Positions 56,507-64,000 of a DNA stretch of 64,000 nucleotides are shown one piece after another. How positions within the stretch are numbered: the first letter of the stretch is position 1; every line of letters begins with the position of its first letter. The notes under the pieces were generated by a model. It had not been told where the DNA came from, did not search any database, and was given only the letters and a program-made list of their open reading frames with translations. Location: contig CBDCTZ010000013.1 in the NCBI GenBank assembly GCA_965222375.1, positions 1-64,000 of the forward strand, read 5' to 3'. Origin of the DNA: Polyangiaceae bacterium. GTDB taxonomy: Bacteria; Myxococcota_A; Polyangia; Polyangiales; Polyangiaceae. The translations under genes and the position numbers were made by a program.

Positions 56507-58975
56507 TCAGGTCGTGGCGGGCGCCGGGGCGTCCGTGGTGCTCGCCTGGGGCCGAGCGCTTTCGCTGCGCTCCTCTTTGGCTGCCGCCTGGGGGCTGGGC
56601 TCGTCGACGCCGCGGGTGTAGCCGCACTCTTTGCCGCGGGCGCATACGATCTTCGGCGTCTTCTTGGTGCCACCGAAGACGAGGAATGGGTGCTTGCACA
56701 GCGGGCAGGGCTCGGGGATCGGCTTCTGCCACAGTTTGAAGTCGCACTTCGGGTAGTTCATGCAGCCGTAGAAGGTTCTACCGCCGCGCTTCTTGGCGCG
56801 AACTTCCACGATGTCTCCTGCGCACTTCGGGCACGGCACGCCTAGCGGCACGGGACGACTGTTCTTGCACTCGGGGTAGCCGCTGCAGGCGAGGAACTCA
56901 CCGTAACGCCCGGTCTTCTTGACCATCTGGCGTTCACACTTGTCGCACACGATGTCCGTGAGCACCGGCTTGGCGGGGGAGCCGTCTTCGGCCATGTCGC
57001 AAGTGAACTTGCACTTGGGGTAGTTCTCGCAGCCGAGGAACCAACCGTTCTTGCTCCAGCGCTTGAGCATGACCGCGCCGCAATCGTCGCATTTGTACTT
57101 GGTGGGTTCTGGCGGGGGAGCCCAGCGCTCGGCCTTCTTGGCGGTATCGAGGACTTCCCGAAAACGCTTGTAGAAGCGGGTCAAGAGCGCCACGCGCTCG
57201 AGCTTGCCCGCCTCCACTTCGTCCAGATCTTCCTCCATCTTTGCCGTGAAGCTCGGGTCCATGAAGTCGAGATGGGTGGACACCAAGCCATCCACGACGA
57301 TCTTGCCGAGCTCCGTGGCCTGCATCTGACCCCCGGGGAGCTTTTCGACGTAGTCCCGAGCCTGCACCTTGCTGATGATCTCCGCGTAGGTGCTGGGTCG
57401 TCCGATGCCGCGCTTTTCCAACTCCCGCACCAGGGAACCTTCGTTGTAACGCGGCGGGGGCTGCGTGAACTTCTGCTCGGTGACGACGCCGGGCGGCGTG
57501 ACCAGAACGAGCTCTTCCTTTTCGTTCATCTCCGGCAGCAAGCCGTCTTCGGAGTCGAAGCTGAAGGCCACCTCGGCGCCGTTCTTGCCACCCGGCGGGG
57601 GTGGCGGAACGCTGCCCTCTTCCCGCGGCGTGGTCTCGTCTTCGCCGGCCAGGGTCTGGCCGCCGCCGGCGTCGAAGGTCTCGCCCTTGCCGTACTGAGT
57701 CAGCCAGCCGCCGAACTTCAGCACCTTGCCGCTAACCCGTAGGCGGTAGCTGTCGTGGCGCTTGTCCTTGCGGCCCGGGGTGGCGTCGATGTCGATGGCG
57801 GTTTGGTCGTAGACCGCCGGGGCCATCTGGGATGCGACGAAGCGGTCCCAGATCAGCTTGTAGAGCTTGAATTGCTCCTCGGTGAGGTGCTTCTTAACGA
57901 CCTCCGGCGTGAACTCCACGCTGGTCGGGCGGATCGCCTCGTGAGCCTCTTGAGCATTCTTCTTGCTCTTGAAGGTGTTGGGCTTGGCCGGCAAGAGCTC
58001 GTTGCCGTAGCGCTCCGAAATGTGCTCGCGCACCTCGTTGATGGCGTCCGGGCTCACCCGCACGCTATCGGTACGCATGTAAGTGATGAGACCGACCGGG
58101 CCGCCGTCTTTCTTGAGGTCCACACCTTCATACAGCTTCTGCGCGACGGTCATGGTGCGCTTGGCCGTGAATCGAAGGTAGCTGGTGGCGTCTTGCTGCA
58201 GCTTGCTGGTGGAGTAGGGCGCCGGGGCGTTGCGCTTCTGAACGCGCTTGGTGACCTGCGCGACCATGAACTTCGCGGTGTTCAAGTCGTCGCGAATGCC
58301 GTGGGCGTGGTCGGCACTCTCGACGGTCACCTTCTCGCCGTCGATGCGCGACAGCCGAGCGCTCACGGGGCGCTTGGCCTTGCCCATCAGGGCCGCGCCG
58401 ATGTTCCAGTACTCGTCGGGAACGAAGGCCTCGATCTCACGTTCGCGCTCGACGATCAAGCGCAGCGCAACGGACTGGACCCGTCCGGCGGAAAGCCCGA
58501 ACGCCAACTTGCTCCAGACCAGCGCCGACACGTCGTAGCCGACGATGCGGTCCAGCACCCGGCGAGCGCGCTGGGCGGCGTATAGATTGTTGTCGAGGTC
58601 GCGGGGGGTCGCGAGTCCCTTGGCGACACCTTTCTTAGTGATCTCGTGAAACTCGACCCGCTCGACGGCCAGCTTGGGGCGCTCGAGCTCTTGGGCGATG
58701 TGGTAGGCGATCGCCTCACCTTCTCTATCGGGGTCGGTTGCGAGCAGGAGGCGGTCGGCCTTCTTGGCATGAGTCTTGAGTTCAGTCAGGACCTTCGCCT
58801 TGGTCTCGATGATCTCGTAGGTCTCTTCAAATCCGCGCTCGACGTCCACGCCCATTTTCTTGGGCAGATCTTTCACGTGACCCTTGCTTGCGAGGACCTC
58901 GAAGCCCTTGCCCAGGTACTTCTTGATCGTCTTGGCTTTGGCCGGTGATTCGACGACGACGAGCGTTTTGCTCAT
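56507..58975 (-). CDS. topA: Type I DNA topoisomerase
   Basis: VVVESPAKAKTI, ATDPDREGEAI, SAGRVQS, LITYMRTDS, GIGRPSTY, C-terminal C4 zinc ribbons. Confidence 0.97.
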   Translation of the reverse strand: MSKTLVVVESPAKAKTIKKYLGKGFEVLASKGHVKDLPKKMGVDVERGFEETYEIIETKAKVLTELKTHAKKADRLLLATDPDREGEAIAYHIAQELERPKLAVERVEFHEITKKGVAKGLATPRDLDNNLYAAQRARRVLDRIVGYDVSALVWSKLAFGLSAGRVQSVALRLIVEREREIEAFVPDEYWNIGAALMGKAKRPVSARLSRIDGEKVTVESADHAHGIRDDLNTAKFMVAQVTKRVQKRNAPAPYSTSKLQQDATSYLRFTAKRTMTVAQKLYEGVDLKKDGGPVGLITYMRTDSVRVSPDAINEVREHISERYGNELLPAKPNTFKSKKNAQEAHEAIRPTSVEFTPEVVKKHLTEEQFKLYKLIWDRFVASQMAPAVYDQTAIDIDATPGRKDKRHDSYRLRVSGKVLKFGGWLTQYGKGETFDAGGGQTLAGEDETTPREEGSVPPPPPGGKNGAEVAFSFDSEDGLLPEMNEKEELVLVTPPGVVTEQKFTQPPPRYNEGSLVRELEKRGIGRPSTYAEIISKVQARDYVEKLPGGQMQATELGKIVVDGLVSTHLDFMDPSFTAKMEEDLDEVEAGKLERVALLTRFYKRFREVLDTAKKAERWAPPPEPTKYKCDDCGAVMLKRWSKNGWFLGCENYPKCKFTCDMAEDGSPAKPVLTDIVCDKCERQMVKKTGRYGEFLACSGYPECKNSRPVPLGVPCPKCAGDIVEVRAKKRGGRTFYGCMNYPKCDFKLWQKPIPEPCPLCKHPFLVFGGTKKTPKIVCARGKECGYTRGVDEPSPQAAAKEERSESARPQASTTDAPAPATT

Positions 58976-59060
58976 GACCCCTACAGTTTCCTTCCTACCA
59001 ACTGATGTGCCGGCAAGCGGGCCCGCGCAAGTCCGGGATCACCCGGCACGGACTCAAAAT

Positions 59061-60020
59061 TCAACGATATTGACGGCTTACGAATTTTAGACCGCCGCTA
59101 GGGTCGGGAGCTAAGACCCCATCTAGCGTCAGTGTCAAGATCAGCTCCTGTACTTCTGCGGCCGTCAGGCCGGTTTCTTGAACGATTGCGTCAGCATGCG
59201 TCGCCCCAGCATCCAGCGCGGCGATGACCCTCTGGCGAGGACTTGTCGGAGTCGCCGCTACGGCCGGCCCGCGGGCCGACAGATCGAGGCTGCCCTGGAC
59301 CGACGGGCGGCTGGGCGCCGTCGGATGCGCGCGTACGTTGCGCAGCTCCTGCATCACATCCCTTTCGTTGGCCAGCAGCTTCGCCCCGCGCTTCAGCTCC
59401 ACAAGGCAGCCCGCGCCTTCGGGAGTCCAGGGCGTCGACGGCACGACAAGTAGCGAGCGACCCAGCCGGCGCGCCCACTTGGCAGCATTCAGCGCTCCGC
59501 TGCGGTACCCGGCCTCAACGACCACCACGACTTGAGCCAAGGCGATCAAGATCGCGTTTCGAGGGAAGAAGGAAGCTTGGGTTGCGGGCTGATCACAGGG
59601 CAGCGCCGAGAGGTAGGCGCCCCCCGCGTCGAGGACGCGTTCGAACAGGCGACGATTGGTGTCTGGAAATGGCCGCTCCCATCCCGCAGGTGCGACGACG
59701 ACGGTCGTGCCCCCAACGTCGAGGGCGCCTTCGTGCGCCGCCGTATCGATCCCCTCGGCGCCACCGCTCCAAATGCACACGCCCTGTCGTGCGAGCGTAC
59801 GGGCGAGCTCGCGTGCGTAGCGTCGCGCGGGCTCGGTCGGATGTCGCGTGCCGACAATGGCAACGCCCGCGCCTCGCGGCAGTTGGCCACGCAAGTAGAG
59901 CGTCTTCGGCGGCTCCTCCAAGTCAGCAAGACGCGGAGGCAGCAGCGGACCCGTGAGCAGTCGGGCGGTCACGCCAGCCCCATCGGCCCGAGTCGCCACC
60001 GGTTGCGTGGCTTGTGCCAC
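59061..60020 (-). CDS. dprA: DNA-processing protein DprA
   Basis: AIVGTR, SGGAEGID.AAH, FFPRN.I, VVEAG..SGAL; usual dprA-topA-trmFO order. Confidence 0.92.
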   Translation of the reverse strand: MAQATQPVATRADGAGVTARLLTGPLLPPRLADLEEPPKTLYLRGQLPRGAGVAIVGTRHPTEPARRYARELARTLARQGVCIWSGGAEGIDTAAHEGALDVGGTTVVVAPAGWERPFPDTNRRLFERVLDAGGAYLSALPCDQPATQASFFPRNAILIALAQVVVVVEAGYRSGALNAAKWARRLGRSLLVVPSTPWTPEGAGCLVELKRGAKLLANERDVMQELRNVRAHPTAPSRPSVQGSLDLSARGPAVAATPTSPRQRVIAALDAGATHADAIVQETGLTAAEVQELILTLTLDGVLAPDPSGGLKFVSRQYR

Positions 60021-60071
60021 TTCTCACCCGTGGCAAGCGCGGCGCTACTTCACGTAGTGGGTCGTGCTGCG

Positions 60072-60683
60072 CTACTTCACGTACAGCTGCGCGCCGATGG
60101 CGCCTGTGCCGCGCCGGGCCTTCAACACCACCGAAGCCGGGAACCCGGCGGGGAAGACGTTCTTCCAGCAGGGTTTGATCTTGGCTTCGCGACCACCGGA
60201 GTTGTCGACGGCGATGGTTGCGCTGGGCAAACCGGGGATCGGCGCTTTCGCCTGGATCTCGAGATCGACCTCTTCGACCCCGGCTCCACCGACGGCGATG
60301 ACCGTGTAGCACTTGCCCGGGTTGAGCATGATGGTGTGCTCGAACTGGCTGCCCTCGGTCAGAGAGGCGCCGAAGATCGTGCCCTCCTTCTTCATGAAGC
60401 GCGCGTCCTTCTTGGCCTTGCGGTTGATGACCTCTTCCAGAATCGCCTTCGTGGGTTCATCGAATGCAACGGGCCCGCCATCCCCAGGCAGTGGCGACGT
60501 CGCCGTGGGCGGAGGCGGCGGAGTGGTTGCGGTCGGCGGGGGCCCCGCTTCCGGCTGGGTCGGAGGTGGGTACTGAATCGGTTCGTCCTTCTTCTTGCAC
60601 GCCTGGGCAACGGCTACGCCGCCAACGAGCAGTCCAGAGGACAGGATCCACATGCGAATTCGAGGAGTGATCTTCATGGTCAT
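60072..60683 (-). CDS. Hypothetical lipoprotein with Pro-rich linker
   Basis: Hydrophobic signal then ACKKK; C-terminal domain PGKCYTVIAVG..AQLYVK. Confidence 0.65.
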   Translation of the reverse strand: MTMKITPRIRMWILSSGLLVGGVAVAQACKKKDEPIQYPPPTQPEAGPPPTATTPPPPPTATSPLPGDGGPVAFDEPTKAILEEVINRKAKKDARFMKKEGTIFGASLTEGSQFEHTIMLNPGKCYTVIAVGGAGVEEVDLEIQAKAPIPGLPSATIAVDNSGGREAKIKPCWKNVFPAGFPASVVLKARRGTGAIGAQLYVK

Positions 60684-61360
60684 TTCTTGTACGCCTGAGC
60701 GGCAACGCTACCCTGCCCCTGCACCACGTGCATGTCTACGGTCACGACCATGGGCGTGGGGTACGGGTTGCGAATGCACTTCTCGTTGGGCCCCACGGTG
60801 GGCGCCGGGCTGTCCGCGGCGCTCTGAGCCAGCACCTGGGGCGGTGCCGGAGGAGCCGTGATTAGGTTGATTTGGAAGCGGAACACGCCGAAACCGGCGA
60901 AACCGACGACGGAGTAGCAAGCGTTGGGTTGAAGTGTGAGGGTGGCCTGGGCGTGACCATCCTGCTGCAGCTTGGCGCTCATCAAGGGGCCATCGGGCTG
61001 CATGCCTTTGGCATCCGTGCCGGCCTTCATCTTGATGCCGGCCGCAACTTGTTGGTCGGCGCTCACGCCACCCAGGGTGGCCGCGCCGCCGGCGAGGGCG
61101 CCCGAGAGGATGTTCTGCAGCGTGGCTGGGTCGCCGACGATGGTCCCCAGAGGCGCCACTCCGCCCCCAGCGGGGGCCGCAGCGCCACCCTCGGGCGAGC
61201 CGGCCATGGGTCCGCCACCGGTGCCGGCCGGTCCCGGGTTCGTGCCCGGCCCGCTCTGCCCCTGCTGGAATCCTTGGGCGTCCTGAGGGGGCTGATCCTT
61301 CTTTTTGCAGCTAACAGCCGCGAGGGCTCCGGCGACTAAAACCAATGATATCTTATACAT
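60680..61360 (-). CDS. Hypothetical lipoprotein, paralogous C-terminal domain
   Basis: LAAVSCKKK lipobox-like; PNACYSVVGF..AAQAYKK resembles the neighbour. Confidence 0.65.
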   Translation of the reverse strand: MYKISLVLVAGALAAVSCKKKDQPPQDAQGFQQGQSGPGTNPGPAGTGGGPMAGSPEGGAAAPAGGGVAPLGTIVGDPATLQNILSGALAGGAATLGGVSADQQVAAGIKMKAGTDAKGMQPDGPLMSAKLQQDGHAQATLTLQPNACYSVVGFAGFGVFRFQINLITAPPAPPQVLAQSAADSPAPTVGPNEKCIRNPYPTPMVVTVDMHVVQGQGSVAAQAYKK

Positions 61361-61440
61361 AGGAACTTTTCCCCAACTTATCACGGACCCACATCGGATT
61401 CCATATACCTACATTATCGCACCGCGCTGGCCCTGTGCTA

Positions 61441-62409
61441 ATGAGACGTAACGTGAGCGTCGTCGTTGCAACTCATGGCCACTGTTTTGACGGCCTGTCC
61501 AGTGCTGTGTTGTTCACGCACCTTTTTCGCACGCTCAAAGGGCCGGCAACTTTCCGCTATCGGGCCTGTGGATATGGCACGGCTCAATCGACTCCGGACG
61601 AGCGGCTGCTCGACGGCGACGACAACGCCATCCTCGACTTCCGCTTCAGCCCATCCGAGCGGCTGAGTTGGTACTTCGATCACCATCGCACGGCGTTCGC
61701 GACCGACGCCGACGCCGGAGTGTTCGAGCAACGCAGCGAAGAGCGGCCCTTCTTCTTCGACGCGGACTACTCGTCCTGTACCAAGCTCGTGCGGGACGTT
61801 GCCAAGGCGCGCTACGGTGTCGAAGCGCCAGAGCTGCAAGAGCTGGTCGAGTGGGCGGACATCGTCGACTCCGCGCGTTTCAGCAGCGCGGAACAGGCCA
61901 TCAACCGAAACGATCCGGTGAAGCGCTTGGTCAGCGTCGTCGAACACTACGGCGACGACAAGTTCCTTTCCCGCCTCGTCCCAGAGCTGCTGGAGCGCCC
62001 ATTGATGGAAGTCGCAACCAGTCGCTACGTGGAAGAGCGCTACTCTCCGCTGGGCAAGAAGCATGAGGGCTTCATTCAGAAGGTGCGAGACCGTGGCGAG
62101 AAGCTGGGTCGAGTGGTCTACGTCGATCTGACCGGCGGCGTGTTGGACTTGGTCAGCAAGTTCGTCACCTACGCGCTCTATCCCGACTCCATGTACTCGG
62201 TTATCGTCGGCCTGCTCAGAAACGGCGCGAAGATCAGCGTGGGCTACAACCCATGGTGCGGCGAGCCCCTGGATACCGACATCAGCGCGATTTGCGCTCG
62301 CCACGGCGGCGGAGGTCACCCCGTCGTGGGCGGGATTTCCTTCAAAGCCTCGGAGCTGGATCGGGCGCGAACCGTCGCGAAGGAAATCGCGCGGGAGCTC
62401 GCGAGCTAA
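61441..62409 (+). CDS. DHH-family phosphoesterase
   Basis: HCFDG, ILDF, FDHH, GGGGH motifs. Confidence 0.85.
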   Translation: MRRNVSVVVATHGHCFDGLSSAVLFTHLFRTLKGPATFRYRACGYGTAQSTPDERLLDGDDNAILDFRFSPSERLSWYFDHHRTAFATDADAGVFEQRSEERPFFFDADYSSCTKLVRDVAKARYGVEAPELQELVEWADIVDSARFSSAEQAINRNDPVKRLVSVVEHYGDDKFLSRLVPELLERPLMEVATSRYVEERYSPLGKKHEGFIQKVRDRGEKLGRVVYVDLTGGVLDLVSKFVTYALYPDSMYSVIVGLLRNGAKISVGYNPWCGEPLDTDISAICARHGGGGHPVVGGISFKASELDRARTVAKEIARELAS

Positions 62410-62437
62410 GCGTCCCTCCCCCGCCGCGGGCAGCACG

Positions 62438-63202
62438 ATGCAGCCTTATGGAGTGCAATCCTGGCGGCGAGGCCCATCCGACAGGCCCCTCTTGCTCGGC
62501 CACCGCGGCGTGCGTCGACCCGGCGTGACGGAAAACACGCTCGCAGCGTTCGAGCTGGCGCGAGAAGAGGGCGCCGTCGGCGTCGAGCTCGACGTTCGCC
62601 TAGACTCGGACGGCGGGCTCATCGTCCTGCACGATCTCGATCTGCTCCGGGTCACCGGCAAGCGCGACCGGCGGCAAGTCGAGACGGTTCCCACGGGCGA
62701 ACTCCGCCGGCTGCAGCTGGAGCACGGCGAGCTGATCCCGAGCCTTGCGGACGCCTTGGAGTGGAGCCGTCGCCACGACCAGCGGCTCAACATCGAGCTC
62801 AAGCACGACGTCTCGGACCGGCGTCGCTTGATGCAGGGGGTCGCGGCGGCCATCGCCCGCGTCAGTGACGCTCCCGAACGCTTCGTACTGTCATCCTTCG
62901 ATCCGCGCCTGGTGCTCGGGTTGAGCCTGAGGCTGCCCGAGGTGGCGTGCGCTTGGCTCGTGCACGACAAACAGCGGGTCTTGCGCTTCGCACCCGGACT
63001 GAGACTGACCGGCGCCGCGGGCGTGCACCCCCAAGCTTCGCTGTTGAACCAAAGCAGCTTGGGTCGCTATCGGCGGCGAGCCAGCTTCGTGGGCACCTGG
63101 ACGGTGAACGACCCAGCGCGCGCGCGCCAGCTGGCCGACTGGGGCATCGACACGATCATCTCCGACTCGCCAGCGCTCATTGCCAGCGCGCTGGCTGACT
63201 GA
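62438..63202 (+). CDS. Glycerophosphodiester phosphodiesterase
   Basis: GHRG, ENTLAAF, VELDVRL, HD, NIELK, SSFD, WTVND, IISD. Confidence 0.92.
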   Translation: MQPYGVQSWRRGPSDRPLLLGHRGVRRPGVTENTLAAFELAREEGAVGVELDVRLDSDGGLIVLHDLDLLRVTGKRDRRQVETVPTGELRRLQLEHGELIPSLADALEWSRRHDQRLNIELKHDVSDRRRLMQGVAAAIARVSDAPERFVLSSFDPRLVLGLSLRLPEVACAWLVHDKQRVLRFAPGLRLTGAAGVHPQASLLNQSSLGRYRRRASFVGTWTVNDPARARQLADWGIDTIISDSPALIASALAD

Positions 63203-63423
63203 GTGCTCAGCGGCGCTTGCATCACGCGGGACTGCGCTCGGCTTGACGGAGCCTTTCCTCGAGGCGCTTCTGCGCGTCGCCAATGAGCGAGGGAGTGCAC
63301 CCGACCCCAAACCCAATCAAGAGGGAAAGCAGTGTTACGCCGAGCGCGGTGTGCTCGCGAGACCCAACCGCTGACGCGCACGCCGTATGGGTTTTGGGTC
63401 GGGTGCTATTTCTCGCTCCCTGC

Positions 63424-64000
63424 TCACGCAGAGATGCGACCGCCGCGGCGTGCGCTTTCCTTCGTGGACGGCGCGGGGCGCGCGCTGCGACGGGTGTCGG
63501 CGATGGCGCTCAAGATCTCCTGGATAACGGTCACGCCAATCAGCGCAGTGAGGTTGTGGTGGTCGTAGGGCGGGCAGATCTCCACGACATCAAAGCCGAT
63601 GATTTCCGCACCCACCAGCGCGCGCAGCATTTGCTGCAGCTCCCAGGTATTCATGCCACCGGGCAAGGGGATCCCGGTACCGGGGGCGAAGGCGGGGTCC
63701 AGGGCCGCAACGTCCACGCTGACGTAGAGGGGCCCGTGCCGGACGAGCTTCCGGACCTGGCTCACCGCGGCGTGCAGGTCCCACTTCACCTCATCCACGT
63801 TCACGATCTCGAATCCGTGCGACAGAGAGAACGCGAGGTCGCCCGAACTCGAAAACGGACCTCGCACGCCCAACTGCAACGTCCAGTCCGGCCGGATCAA
63901 GCCTTCCTCGGTTGCGAGCCGCACGACGCTGCCGTGATGGGCGTCCTGCCCCCACGCCGCAGGCGCGGTGTTCGGGTGCGCGTCGATGTGCAGAAACGAC
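63424..64000 (-). CDS. Ureohydrolase (agmatinase/arginase family), 5' part outside window
   Basis: Reading frame continues to the window edge: LHIDAHPN..HHGS..QLGVRG..SVDVAALDPAFAPGTG..GG..GFDVVEICP. Confidence 0.85.
   Translation of the reverse strand, partial: SFLHIDAHPNTAPAAWGQDAHHGSVVRLATEEGLIRPDWTLQLGVRGPFSSSGDLAFSLSHGFEIVNVDEVKWDLHAAVSQVRKLVRHGPLYVSVDVAALDPAFAPGTGIPLPGGMNTWELQQMLRALVGAEIIGFDVVEICPPYDHHNLTALIGVTVIQEILSAIADTRRSARPAPSTKESARRGGRISA

Noticed and set aside
60043..60084. 15-bp direct repeat GCGCTACTTCACGTA at a gene end
   Set aside because: Short local duplication with no mobile element nearby.

Overview
GC-rich bacterial DNA, probably myxobacterial/deltaproteobacterial (inferred from gene content only). 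Positions ~1-48.9 kb are an accessory island containing four copies of one integrative-element architecture: conserved structured ~220-nt segment, XRE repressor (-), ~1020-1050 aa CHC2-Toprim-P-loop primase/helicase, XerC-like tyrosine recombinase, folded region with two dif-like palindromes, variable toxin-antitoxin-type cargo, conserved leader. Every copy is joined, in frame but without a normal start, to a different orphan Rhs toxin tip plus immunity gene, and copy 4 sits directly behind an Rhs/TcdB-like gene with a NucA/NucB tip. Copies 1 and 2 form a near-identical 9.67-kb tandem repeat that diverges exactly inside the Rhs core motif FGKRF, and copies 3 and 4 diverge in the same motif. 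The best hypothesis is a self-replicating integrative element that delivers and swaps Rhs toxin tips. Hidden DNA signals include phased iteron-like repeats, a co-oriented TTAGCYGC motif roughly every kb, and hairpins with compensatory changes. The island also holds IS1182/IS5-like, rve-type and IS21 elements, plus DUF559 and Rpn genes. Positions ~49-64 kb are ordinary chromosome (rel, hemW, trmFO, topA, dprA, lipoproteins, phosphoesterases, partial ureohydrolase). All family calls come from motifs read by eye; no database searches were run.
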